In this document: piece after piece, positions 1 through 12,338 of the stretch | How the letters are laid out: every line of letters begins with the position of its first letter | Numbering within the stretch: the first letter of the stretch is position 1 | Origin: Zygnema circumcarinatum SAG 698-1b | Lineage: Eukaryota; Plantae; Zygnematophyceae | Assembly: GCA_037447605.1 (NCBI GenBank) | Contig: CM074817.1 | Coordinates: 1,922,001 to 1,986,000 of the forward strand | Length of the DNA: 64,000 bases | Direction: 5' to 3' | The notes under the pieces: generated by a model | What the model saw: only the letters and a program-made list of their open reading frames with translations | Databases searched by the model: none | What the model was told of the DNA's origin: nothing | Made by a program: the position numbers and the translations under genes

Positions 1-257
1 CCAATGGCGGCGCGCGAGCGGGCGCAGGCGGCGGGAGGGAGGGTCCATCCGGGGGCGGGTGGGGACTGCCGGCGGGAGGACGAGAGAGAGTGGGAGAGGG
101 ATAGAGGGAGAGGGAGAGGGAGAAGGGAGAGGGAGAGAGGGGCACGTGAGGTACAATACAGTACAGGAGAGTAGCTACGTTTAGGGTCCGAGCAGGAGGA
201 AGGGAGCTTCGTTGGACGAAGGGGGGGCCGAGGGGAGGATCAAATTTGGGTTGCAGG

Positions 258-1982
258 ATGGGGGCGGAAGAGCAGGCGGTGTACATGATTCCCGGGGGAG
301 TGCGCGTGGAGTTGGCGTCGGATTACTGCGTGGGAGTGGAGTTAGGGGCGGGAGGATACGGCGTGGTGAGGGCGTGCAGGGAGAGGAGAACGGGGGAGGT
401 GGTGGCCTGCAAGACGATTTGGAAACATAGAATTCGCGCGGAGGGTGAGCAGGCAGCCGTTCTTCGGGAGATAGCCACGATGCGACACGTGGCAGGCCAT
501 GGCGGGGTGGTGGAGCTGAAGGGCGTGTATGAGGACAGCGAGGCGGTGCATATTCTGATGGAGGTGGCAGACGGTGGGGACCTTCTAGAATGGCTGAACA
601 ATAATAACAGCCCTATGCATGAAGACGTAGCAAGGGAAGTGTTTCGGCAAGTGGTGGAGGCGGTAGCTTACTGTCACAGGAATGGAGTTCTGCACAGAGA
701 TTTGAAACCGGAGAATATTTTGCTGTTTTCTGGAGCTGCAACGGGAAAGGAAAAGGCGTCATCGTCTTCAGAAAACAGCTGTGAAGAGGAGAAATGTTTT
801 CCTTTTTCTAAGCACCGCGTGGAGGAGGTACTGGAGCAATCTGCGGGAGGGAGGGAACCGAACGGAGGTGCAGGAGTTAAGAATAGAATGAGAGTGAAGC
901 TCGCGGATTTTGGGCTTGCAGTGATGTCAAATGGAGAGAGAGGAGAGCTCGTTGCGGAAGGGAGGGCGGGGTCACCTTCATATCTAGCGCCGGAAGTTGC
1001 AGAGGGGCGCAAATACGGAGCGAAAGCAGATATTTGGAGCTTGGGGGTGTTATTACATATATTAATTTCTCGGCAGCATCCGTTTCATAGCCGTGAAGAC
1101 GAAGGAGAGACTTCGAAGCTTGTGTACAGCGAAGTGTTGGATCTCTCTATGGGTATTTGGTCGCGTTGCTCGTCGGAGTTGAAGGAGTTGGTGCAGTGGA
1201 TGCTCACTATTGAAAGTGAGAATAGGCCTTCTGCAGACGAGGTTTTGAAGCATACATGGCTGAGGGAGAAGTCTGGGCGAAGCTCCTCGGTTTCATCGCT
1301 TTCTGTTGGCAGATTCGATTTACCAAACAGTCGTATGGGTGAGGAGTTAAGTTTCTCTGCTTGGTGTCCGGTTCAAACAGAACATTCACTGGGTGAGGGC
1401 GCTTGTCTACGTCTGATATCTCAGCAAGGCGACAGTGATAAGGAGAACCGTTCGAATAATCTGCAGAAAAATAAGGAGGAGGGTGAATCCGTTGCAGCTC
1501 CAGGATGCTCCATGAATGAGAGAGTTTGTGGCGATGGGAGAGTGAAGAATTGCATTGATTCATGCAGTCCTGCGGCTCCTTTGGTAGTGGAGGCTGTCGA
1601 ATGTAATGATTGTCCGCCTGTAAGGGGAAGTCAGGAGGCTGGAGATGCTGAAGAGAAGAATGAGGAAGTATGTGCCCAATTGCTGGAAAGCTGTCAGTCA
1701 GCAGAAGAGTTACGAATGAGTGGTTGGAAGAGAGGAGAGGCAGGATCGGCGAAGGGTTATGAAGGCCTATCAAGACTGGAGTTGGTGGAAATGGTCAATT
1801 CTTGTTGCAGCAATCCTCTATCAAATCGTCAAAGAGTGGTGGATGAAGGCTGCGAAGTGTCCCTTGATAATTATGCGGCAAATTCGACTGCTTGTATTGA
1901 CCGCTGTCCACCTCTGAAGAGACGGAGGATTGTTACTCTGCAAGCAGGCGCAGGAGCGTTTGAAGTTGATGTTTGTGGGTAG
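258..1982 (+). CDS. Intronless Ser/Thr kinase, PEPC-kinase-related (PEPKR)/CDPK-related, no EF hands; Cys-rich low-complexity C-tail
   Basis: GAGGYG loop, VACK lysine, [23 protein letters not shown] and ADIWSLG. ATG at 258 (the track starts at an upstream TTG). Confidence 0.9.
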   Translation: MGAEEQAVYMIPGGVRVELASDYCVGVELGAGGYGVVRACRERRTGEVVACKTIWKHRIRAEGEQAAVLREIATMRHVAGHGGVVELKGVYEDSEAVHILMEVADGGDLLEWLNNNNSPMHEDVAREVFRQVVEAVAYCHRNGVLHRDLKPENILLFSGAATGKEKASSSSENSCEEEKCFPFSKHRVEEVLEQSAGGREPNGGAGVKNRMRVKLADFGLAVMSNGERGELVAEGRAGSPSYLAPEVAEGRKYGAKADIWSLGVLLHILISRQHPFHSREDEGETSKLVYSEVLDLSMGIWSRCSSELKELVQWMLTIESENRPSADEVLKHTWLREKSGRSSSVSSLSVGRFDLPNSRMGEELSFSAWCPVQTEHSLGEGACLRLISQQGDSDKENRSNNLQKNKEEGESVAAPGCSMNERVCGDGRVKNCIDSCSPAAPLVVEAVECNDCPPVRGSQEAGDAEEKNEEVCAQLLESCQSAEELRMSGWKRGEAGSAKGYEGLSRLELVEMVNSCCSNPLSNRQRVVDEGCEVSLDNYAANSTACIDRCPPLKRRRIVTLQAGAGAFEVDVCG

Positions 1983-2576
1983 TTGAGTTATCATTTCCTG
2001 ATTTATCCTTTGTCATTTTTGGGTGGAAAAGACATAGTTGTGGAGAGAAGGGGAGATGGAGCGGCGGAAAGATTGTCAGGGGGGTGTCCCTTTGTTATGA
2101 TTATGTATGCTTTGCACATACATGCGCTTATGTATGTGCAAATGCATACGAATGAATTCCTGGACTCTGTGCGGAATAAGCTTTGCACTTTAGCAGCCCC
2201 GAGGTTAGTAGGTCAGAGAGGAGGGCGCCTGGGAGGAGGGAGAGGCTTATTAGTGTAATTTGGATGTGGGGGGAGGACGCCGATGCTTTCCTGCTTCCCC
2301 TTCCAAAGTGGTCGTAGATGTTGTACCAAAGCGGTTGTTTCCTTGGTTTTTTCCCTTTTTTAATTTGTTTTGTACATTAGAAGCACAAATAAGGTTCTGT
2401 TCCGCTGCAAGAAAGAAGCAGACAGAAAGGCAGGCAAGCTGCAGGGAGAGGCCTTTCTGTAATAATCCCATTTTTTCAATAATTTGATTTGACATCACAT
2501 TTTCGCAATCGAGTGTGGAATGTGGAATGTGATTCTATACTGAAAAAGGTGTGGTTAGATGTGAGATGTGTGCTGA

Positions 2577-2855
2577 TGCCCCTCCCCCCTCCCTCCTCCC
2601 TCCTCCCTCCTCCCTCCTCCCCCCTCCCCCCTTCCCCCTCCCCCCTCCCTCCTCCGTCCTCCGTCCTCCGTCCTCCGTCCTCCGTCCTCCGTCCTCCGTC
2701 CTCCGTCCTCCGTCCTCCCCCTCCCCCCTCCCCCTCCCCCTCCCCCCTCCCCCTCCCCCTCCCCCCTCCCCCCTCCCCCTCCCCCTTCCCCCTCCCCCTC
2801 CCCCCTCCCCCCTCCCCCTCCCCCTCTGTATTTCTCCCTTGCTCGCTCTCTCTCC
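2577..2855. repeat. C/T-rich low-complexity tract including a (CCTCCGT)n heptamer run (~2648-2715) and (CCCCCT)n runs
   Basis: Tandem units read directly; they explain the spurious Pro/Gly-rich ORFs here. Confidence 0.9.
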
Positions 2856-3067
2856 CCGATCTAACAAGAGTCAGCTCACCAACTTGTCGACACTGCCATG
2901 CTATGGAAATAGCAAAACGCAGGAATCATAAACTTTATTTGACAGCAGCTGGAGCGAATGCCAGGCTTGTCCGTACACTTGGCTTCCATTTGCATCTTGA
3001 AACAAATTAGGGTAAAGCCAACCTTTTTTGCCATCAAATAACAGAAGCCTATACCAATAACGGCCCG

Positions 3068-6000
3068 TCAATACTCCGCTTCAAACTCTAACTCGCTCAT
3101 TGATTCGGCAAACGAGGCATTTTCCAACAAAGTGGTGATTTCAAAGGCGAGGTCTAGAAGCTCCTCATCCCAACCCCATGGCCCCACAAGGCCCAACCCC
3201 ACAGGTGCTCCCTCCACAACAGTGATCGGTACATTCACCTGCAACGTCATACGAGCACCATGCCCCAGTAAGGAGAGAACAACCAAACAGGGGAATAGAG
3301 GGAACAGCTGAAAGCTCATTCAATCTCCAAAAAAGGGCGAGTTTTGATTCTACCTGGGGAAGTCCTGCCGGCCCTGCGATGACTGTTAAGCAGAGAGCAC
3401 GTCTGCGAAAAGTTTCAATCTCTTCTGATGAAGCTGTGAGAGAAGGGGCAATGCCCGGAGCAGCCGGTACAAAGAGCACGCATCCGTCACTGACAAGCTC
3501 CCTCATGTGTTTTGTGATCCTGCAGAATCGCCCTCTCACCATCACCTTACCACCTTGCACTCTGTTGTCTACTGAATGTACCATTTGCAGGGTGCAGCAG
3601 AGAACAGAAAAAAATAACTGTCTCACTTTGCTCGCACAGTTTGCGCATGTGCAACAGCCGTCTCCTCCACCACTCGTGCAGCTTCAAATCGTTGTCTGAC
3701 ATCATCACCAAAAACAGGGTTCTCCTGCTGAATCCACTTCCCATTACTCTCCCATGCCTCTCGCAGCTGCGTCCACAAACGCACCTCATGGCAACATCAA
3801 CACGTCGCCAACAACGATGTGGCCAACGCATTGACTTAGTCATATCGATCATCTCCAACTTGTCCATAACACCCACAAGCCCACTTACTTGCAACACTCG
3901 CATATGACGCACCCACTCCTCATAGCCCCCTTCCACCGTTCCCACTGCAATGCTTTCGGGCCCCTTCAACCGCTGCTGCAATCTGTCACGAATTGGGAGG
4001 ATAGCCTTATAGACTGCTTCCACCGTTGCAGGGTCGGAGAGGCTCTCAAATGCATCCTGTGCCACTAGCCATCGCGTGATTCTTCTCTCTGCCCGCCCAC
4101 TTTCGCGGCTTTCTGCCAACAAAACTTGGCCCACATCGCGGACCACCCATATGTCGTTCGCAAACCAACCCACTGCACACACACGAAAGAGAATCGGAAT
4201 GCAGGTAAGGAATGTTTCAGAGAGCTTCTTTTCCTCAAACTGCATTATCATTCTGTCAGTCGTCGTTCGTCATCTGTAAGCTCCTTGACCAAGTTCACTT
4301 GCTAGTAAGGCTAGCTATTAGCAAGTATTGGTTCTACACCCCCGTGTTCTAGAAAGACATAGAAAAGAGTTGAACAGCGTGCATAACCATTCTTTAGGCA
4401 AGGTCATGCGCTCTACTATAAAAAAAAAAAAAGAGGGAAGCCATACTTTCTCTACGAAACATTGGTGGAGAATAATCATGCATTCTCCTCAAAGCAAACA
4501 AGAAACTGTCCAAAATTAGAAGCATACCTGTGTCTACCGACGGCTGCAATGGGAGAGCACCCTCCATTGAAATTCGACCATGCGATGGTCGCATGCCAAA
4601 AATTCCACAATGCGCTGCTGGAATGCGAACTGAGCCGGCCGTATCGCTCCCTATGGCGAAGTCTACGAGACCAGCAGCGACCTGCTAGCACGCAAAGAAA
4701 GACTGAGAAAGAGAAGAATCATGCATTGCATACATATATGCATGGGCTCTTGCAGGAATTATGAGTAAGAAGATTCGCTTACAGCTGATGCTGATCCTGA
4801 AGATGAGCCGCCGGGAATTCGTTCCGGAGCAGAGGGATTCAAAGGGGTTCCATAATGCGCATTCCTCCCTGAGAGACTGAATGCGAGCTCATCCATTTGC
4901 GCTTTTCCTGTCAAGGTGGCTCCCGCATCCAGTAACATCTGGAGAGGCATCACTATCTCTGATCCGATTTCATAGCGTCTGTGCACACTTGAAAGCCTTT
5001 TATGACATGGTAGATGATTCTCTGTGACAGAAACTAAACTTTTCACGCGGGTTTGCAGTAAGCACATCCACACTAACAAACTCCTTTCGCTTGCGAATTT
5101 ATGGACCCTTGAGAGAATCAGGTTGAGTTGATACGAACAATGGGAATGAATTAAGGCAACAAATGCTGAGAGAGAAGGCACAACGCACCTGAATGGCTGC
5201 AGCCGTTTTGGTTGGAATTGGGTGAGTTTTTAGCCATGTCGGGTTGCCAAAGCCGGTTGGAAAGGATGCTATCTGCGATAAGGAAACAATCATGATAACG
5301 GGATGAGTGCTGCAGATATTAGAGGAACACGCACACGAACGCTATGAATAAAACCAGAAGTCCGTCCATATCAAAGAATAGCACCTAACTGCAATAGGAA
5401 GCATCAATGTAAATCTATCCCCTATAGCAGAAAACTATCTCGTTATATTCCGCCAGTCTACCAATGCAATTCTATGAGGTAACAAAAACAGTCTTCTCTA
5501 CTTATCATTTTAAAAAATATGCCAAAATTTTCTAGTGCAGATTTTCAGAGGATGGTTAAGACCACACTTATTAGCCTTATTAATTCAACGCCACTGGTAG
5601 CAAGACCTAGAGAAGCAGAGAATCTAAAATCGCAACAGCAGAATGCTGTAGTGGAAAGGATCAGGTTATCAACGTTCGCTTGTTCGTTTATTCCCCATTA
5701 AGCAACGCTTAAATCGAGCACTGGACTAGACAAGAAGGTTGAACTACACAAAAAATTCAGCAGAAAGTTCAACTTTCAAAAGGTTAGCACCTGCATTGAA
5801 CAAACAATTCTAGCCCAAAGAAGAACGTGAAAACGCTCACTCTCACGGAGTAGAGCAAACGAATCGTCGTTCTTTTTGGATTTCAACTTCTGCATTCTTA
5901 TTCTTCCACGACATAAATCATATCTAGCCTCAGAAATGATTTCTTACATGGAACATATCCTTTGCTGCAAAAGTTAGCCCGCAGAGCGGGCCTTTCTTGG

Positions 6001-6226
6001 CACCCTCGACAATGCAGTCACAATGCTCCACAAAGGCCTTCATCTCCTTTCCCTTTTTCAACACATCCTGCAGCGCTCCAAATGTGCCTTCCGCGCTGCA
6101 GCGCACCTGAACCGACCTCCTCACACGGCTGGCGTCAGGAGACAACGGTCTTTGGGAAGAGAGAAATGGAAGAGAAGGGGAGGCAGAGAGCGAGCCGAGC
6201 GCTGGAACAGCCCAGAGGGCCGCCAT
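3068..6226 (-). CDS. AMI1-like: Amidase-signature protein, AMI1/Toc64-amidase-like, multi-exon, with predicted plastid transit peptide
   Basis: Exons encode GLTFAAKDMF, GFGNPTW, GKAQMDELAFSLSGRNAHYGTPLNP..RIPGGSSSGS, DFAIGSDTAGSVRIPAAHCGIFGMRPSHG, LTVIAGPAGLPQ and PVGLGLVGPWGWDEELL. N-terminus is Ser/Ala/Arg-rich and ends VRCSA. Confidence 0.88.
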
Positions 6227-6924
6227 GGCCTCTCCTCTCCTCTCCTCTCCTCCCTCCTCTCCTCTCCTCTCCTCTCCTCTCCTCCACTCCTCTCTCTCTA
6301 CTCTCTCCTCTCTACCCCAAGCAAAGAAGCAGCCCCTCAGCTAATCCAATGGCTACTTGCCACTTAAGCAAAATTTAACACGTGGCGGATCGTGGTTAGC
6401 GTATGCCTTGGCTGACATTGGCACTAAGATCCGGCCGCGAGGCGGACGGCCGATCTTTAGTGCCACTGCAGCCAAGGCATCCGCCAACTTCGAGAAACCA
6501 CGTGTACACTATGCATATGTGGCGAGTAGCCATTGGATAGAGCTAAAGTTAAGTCCATGACTCGAGTCATTAGTCAAAGTTAACATGGCTGACTACGTCT
6601 CGAACTCGCCATTCTCTGGTCGAGGGAGGGAGGGACCGGTTAGCCATATTTGCAGGCAGTTGGTGGAGGTTAGTCGACTAAGGCATTAGCCGTTGGGAGC
6701 CGCCTAACAGCCACCGTCTCGGTACCGATGTACGGTCGGCCGTTTAGTCATTAGTCATGGCCCTCCGCTGCTTGAAATTGTAGGGTTGGGCGAGGTAGAG
6801 GTAGACGGAGAGAGAGAGAGGGAGAGAGAGAGGAAGACTGGAAGAGCGAGGAAGAGCGAGAGAGAGAGGGAGAAAGTGAGAGAGAGGGCCAGAGGAAGAC
6901 AGGGGGAGGGAAAGGAGGGCAGCC

Positions 6925-9900
6925 ATGAGGGCGGGAGCGCTGAGGCCGCGGTCCGACCCGCGGAAGTTTGGGGAGAGTTCAGTGGGATCGTGCATGCTGC
7001 TGACGATGCTGGTGGTCGTGGCCTTCGCTGCGACCTACACGACTATGAATACGATTTACGCCCGCCCTCACAGCATGGCTTTGAATGATGCATTGAACCC
7101 GGACCTCTCCACGGCGGTGAGTGCTCCATCACAAACCCTAAACGGTATTTCTTGCTGCTGCAAGGTTTTTGGCTGCTTTCTAGTGCAAGTTTTTGCTGTG
7201 CTGATGCCTGTGGAAGCCCGAGAAAGCATTCATCCGCGAGATCTGAAAGCGCATGCGTGACTTTGTTTAAGTTGAGACTTCCAAGATTTGTTTCCTGAAT
7301 GCTGCTGCTTCTGCGACCTGCTGCTTTAATTTCGATAATTGAACTTTTGAATTTTATTTTTAATTCTCGATTTCCTGTTTTTTATATTTCTTTTGGCCCA
7401 CGGGCTACGAACCAGGGCTCAGTGGCGGGAAATAGCGTTTTTTAAAAGTAGTAGCAAGTCTCAGCAGTGAAACATGTGCATATGCAGGAGGATGTTACTG
7501 CGTCATCCGGAGACAATGATGAAAACTTCTGCAGAGGCTTGAAACACACAGAGCTTTGGGGAGCTTCTGTGAAATGGGGTGCTACAAATTTGGTGGACAC
7601 AGCGGAGGAGTGCTGCAAACAATGCAGGTATCCCTTACAATTTGTGTCCGGGAGAAGGATCCAAACTCTCTGGAACTCAGTACAGCAGTGAAGGTTGAGG
7701 AAAGTTGTGCGAACAGAAGCCATATTTGGTTTAGCATTCACTTGGAGCTCGCTCATATCAATTCTTATGCTTTGCAACAGCCCTGCTTCAACTGGAAGCT
7801 ATTGGTGTTGCAGACGGCTTCTATAGCTTTCTGAGGTGATTCTTTCCATAGCAGCCACGGAGCGTTTTTAGGAGTATTGGTGCTCACCTCAAAAACTTCA
7901 TAGCTTTTCTGTGGAAGTCTAGTGTAGAATGTGCCAGAAGCATGCATCTCTGCTGCTGGCCATTCTTTTCATCTGTCTCCCCCAATGGCAAGCTCAACAC
8001 CTCTCTTATGTTTTTTGTATTTAAGCTCTGCCGAGGCTGAGCGAACGCTTGCTTACATAAATCCCTGCCGCAACAATCTCAACATGTCGCAGCGGCTCGT
8101 GTTGAACTGCCAGTTCTTTTCGGACTGATAGACGCATTGCATCAAGGCATTCACGGCTCGATTATAACCCGCATATTCTCTGTGTGTGTAGTTCTTTTGT
8201 TTGAACGCTCTCGATCGACCTTGTCAAGCTTAATGTGGGCAATCAGGATTTGCCATTGTTGGATTGAATGTGCCTTTACTGTTCTGAGTGTGGTCTTCAA
8301 AGCAGAAGGCAGTCTTATGTTGAGGGAAGCTCAGCACACTTTCGAAGGCGACTATCTCAGTGGCTGTAGTTGGGCGTCATTGTGTATTTTGGGCTTCCGG
8401 GAACAGAGACCTATGTCCAGAAGGTCGTTCAGACTGCTCTTGCAACTCTTGGGTTTACTGTGAAGATCAATCTCGCTGTGGAGAAAGTCACAAGCAGGTG
8501 GGCCTTACATTACCGTGAACGAAGCACTGCAGGCTACTTTCTTTGCAGAAACTCTGAGCTGAGATTTTTATTAATGTTTCAGTTGTTGGGGGCTTCAGTG
8601 TTGGCTGAAGAAACAAACGGATGTTCTTCGCCCTGAAGTGCATAGCACTTCACCAGACTTAGGCTGGACATCCGGGATCATTCATCCATTCAAGCAGGTG
8701 TGTTTGGCAAGAACAGCAGCACAGCAACGTAAATAGTTGGAGTATTAGTCCTTAGAACCTTTTCTTCGGATATGACTGAGCGGAAGCTTGTGGGGTCATT
8801 TCGCGAGCAGGGCGTTGTCAGAATGGAAACGACGGAAGGGACCATTCGGGTGCAGGTGAGCTAATCCTCCGCTCCCTCTCTCACCTTGTCCCAAATCTCA
8901 AAAGAACATGGGGCTTTTTTCCTTTAAGCCTACCTCCTTAGCATGTGAACAGGTTCGCAAGTTTGAAAGAAATTTTTCTTTGCTGTTTCCAGTTGAAACC
9001 CAACTGGGCTCCCTACACCGTGGCATACATTCGGGAGGTGCTCTCTCTCCGTCATTGCTCCGGTTGCCAGTTCTACCGTGGGGAGGGTTTAGGAGCAGGC
9101 TGGGATGCCAATGGCAATCGAATCAATTCTGTGAGTATATGAACCCAGCTGTCCTGTTGTTCAGGTGGTTTAGAATTCTCCCTTCATGAGGAAAATCAAA
9201 AGAAACAAACGTAATTTGAACAGTTCTGTTTAACGGCATCAAGAGAGCTGAAAGTGGAGTCATCAATAATGCAATTCCTAAGTCGCAACTGCAGATGAGC
9301 TGTAATCTCGACAGATACGGATAAAGTGATGCATTTTTCTCTGAAGCAAGAAATTGGAATAGCATTCAGCATGAAGACGAACCCTCCTTTTTATTAAAGT
9401 GCTTTCTAGATCAATAAAGGGGCGTCAATAGGAAAGACAGAGATTAAACTTTTATGATCGCGCGAATGTACATGAGCCAATTTCCTCCTGATGATGATGA
9501 GGAAGATATCGACTTGCATTATTTAAAGCAACCTCCCATGACCCTCTACACTGGCCTGAGGGAAGATGATTCTCACGTCGTGGGTTTAAATCTTCCCTAG
9601 CATGTGGACCAAGCAATATATTATCTGTGTAACTCGATTCACCCCTTATATGAGTGCCCTCAAACGCTCTGCCATCTTCTGCATTCGCACCAAGCAGCAC
9701 GCTGCACTTCTGTTCTTCTAGTTTGCTTAAGAATGCGAGAAAGAAGGCATTACCATTCTGCACTTGGGTTTTGCTGTGCAGAAACCACCAGGGCCACCCT
9801 ATGCGCTTCTGCAGGGAACCCTCTTTGCGGATGGCATTCCCTTCAAACCCATTGCCCGAGAGGCAGCACCCATTGTGAAGAGAGGCCATGTTTGCCTCAT

Positions 9901-10108
9901 CGGAGAAGGCCCCGATTTCTTCATCAGTCTTGCGCACCATCCGGAATGGGCCCATGGCCATACTGTGTTTGGAGAGGTGGTGACGGAGGACATGGCGGTT
10001 GTGGACCGGCTGGTGACGAGGCCGACAAAGGCAGCCAAGTGGGGGGAGGTAGAGGTGCGGGAGTTTGAGGACGCTCTCTCCTTCAGTTTGACTAAGTTAA
10101 AAGGGTGA
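6925..10108 (+). CDS. Membrane-anchored Apple/PAN-domain plus cyclophilin-like (PPIase-fold) protein, multi-exon
   Basis: N-terminal hydrophobic segment LLTMLVVVAFAATY. Apple-like Cys pattern over exons: HTELWG..TAEECCKQC, CNSWVYCEDQSRCG, CWLKKQ..GWTSG. Cyclophilin-like exons METTEGTIRV, CSGCQFYR and GPDFFISLAHHPEWAHGHTVFGEV. Confidence 0.8.
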
Positions 10109-10645
10109 AGGTCTACTTTTTTGTTAAGAAAGAAAATTAGAGATTTGCAGTCTAGATTTGAATGGGGTATTGTTGACGTTAGGGCTCTCGCCAATGAGAG
10201 TACTCGATCATTGTCCAAATCGAGGACATGTGGAATTTAAAATTCGATTCCTTGGAAGGATGGATGGTTTTATGCTGAGAATATGAAAATTGATTCCATA
10301 ATCTGATGGATTATATTGGGCGTGCCTCGTTTGAGCATGAGAGCTGCCTCTCTAACTGAAAAATGAAGTGGAGGTTGTCAGCAGTAGGAAACCTTTTATT
10401 TCAAGTTGTGTGCCGGTACTCACATAAGTGAAGCCCTCCATTCCTCTCACTACAGTAAGGATATGCTCTTGCTTGAAAGGCATCTCGTTCAAGTGAAGTC
10501 TCTGAAGTCTCTGAAGTTGACTCCAGGTGGCATTGCTCAGCATGGGACGGAACCAATATGACGACGACCTCTTATACAGCATCCAACTATCATAAAAACA
10601 ATCAAAGATATCTATCACTGAATCAGATCCCTAGTCAGTAGCTGG

Positions 10646-11480
10646 GAACCATTGGCAACCAATGGCTGCAACAATTGCCAACTGCAGGCTGGGTCTGCCA
10701 ATCAATGGTTGCAACCATTGAAATGGTTGGTGCTCTACGGGCCATGTGGTACACTTCAGTCATGGCATGAAATGCTATGCGGTACCGTACTGCATTTGTA
10801 CTTGGACTGCACAATTCGCTGGTTTATGGTTTTGGGTTTGTACTTTGTGGTTCAAGATTTCGTGGTTTCATGGTTTACGGTACAGTAAACTGGTACATGC
10901 GACTTTATCAACGCCTTGGAGTTTTTAATAGCCAAAACCTCATTACCAATTGAATTCAATCAATTTAATATTGATATAGTTGGTGTTATAGTTATTTCCC
11001 GTTCGATTTGAATCTCTTATTGTAACCGCTCTGACGGCTCTATTGTCTGAATCCTAATTCGCAATACGTAAGTGGACTCTTTAAACGTTTGAAATAATAA
11101 CGAGAAAAGTGCAAATGTTCGACTGGACAAGATTCCAAGCCCCTCAATCTCTCCTGATTCAATACAATTCAATCAGTTTGACAGAGAAATGTTCAAAAGG
11201 GTCAGCTTTACGGTACTGCCCAGGCCGGATCGTTGGATCAACCATTGAAATGTTGCCAACCATTGGTTGGCGGACCCAGCCAGCATTTGGCAATGGTTGC
11301 AACCATTGGTTTACCAATATGGTTTATTTTGTCTTGTTCCCAACCATTGGCAATGGTAAACAACCGCTGGATCCGCTCAATGGATCCAATGCTTGCCAAC
11401 CATTGCCAACCAGTGGTTTGAACCAATGGTTGGCAACGATTGGAAGCCTGGGCAATGGTTGCCAATGTTGAGCCAACGGT
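10646..11480. repeat. Inverted pair of TGGTT-N3-AACCA dyad clusters (10646-10730 versus 11228-11480) flanking ~500 bp; diverged relative of the 31/34 kb arrays
   Basis: The reverse complement of 10646-10730 aligns with ~11238-11320 (caaccatt..aat.ttgc.aaccattg.ttggc.gacccagcc.gca.ttggcaat.gttgca.ccattgg). Confidence 0.75.
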
Positions 11481-12338
11481 CCAATATGCGCTGTTCCATG
11501 CTTCGTGTCCCCTTGTGCAACTGCGGCCGGCGCCGTCCTAGCGCATGGAACGAGCGCCTACCAACGGAGTAGGCCTGCATGGAACGGCCGTACAGCGGCA
11601 TTCGGCGCCGCCGCACGCCTTGACTTTTCCACCGCGCCGTCACCCCAAAGCGGCGATCATCCGTGACGTAATTATGACATCAATATGCAAAACGACGTGT
11701 ACGCGTCGCGACTATTTTGCCACGTGTCTCAAAGTACGGATTTCCCCGTTGTACAAATAGTCGGTGCGGCCAATCAGCGTCCGCCATTTCTGCCGCTCAA
11801 GCCAACGTGGAGGGGCTCGCCCTCAGCACCGACACGAAATGTCGGTGGACATCCTCCACGTCATGGCCCAAAGCTGACCCCGCGGTCGGGTTCTACGGAT
11901 CCCGATTCCATCGCAGTTGATCCAGAAACTCCACCCAGTGGACCCTGGCCGTCCTGCGTGCGATCCACGCGGGCTCGGTTCACGACCTCGAACGGACGAC
12001 GTCGCCATGGCCACTTCGTACGGCACCGACCCCTCCTGGTCTGCCCGTGAAACCTTTTCCCCTCCGGGCAGCGCATCCCTGCGCGCTGATTGGCTCCACC
12101 TGTGACCGCGCGCCGCCTGGCCGCGTCCTCCACGTCCCGCGAGGTCGACTTCAAGGCGGTGCGGCGCGGGAGCGGCGCCAGGGCTCCCCCTCTCTCCCCC
12201 TCCCTCTCCCTCTCCCCCTCCCTCTCCCACTCCCACTCCCTCTCCCACTACCCCTCCCGCCACTCTCACTCACTCCCACTCCCACTCTCCCTCCCCCCCT
12301 CCTCTCCCTCCCTCCCTCCCTCCCTCCCACCTCTCACA

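Noticed and set aside
3068-6226. Toc64/OM64 or GatA identity for the amidase
   Set aside because: No TPR or TM anchor, the catalytic Ser is retained, and the motifs (GFGNPTW, DELAFS, RPSHG) fit the AMI1 type.
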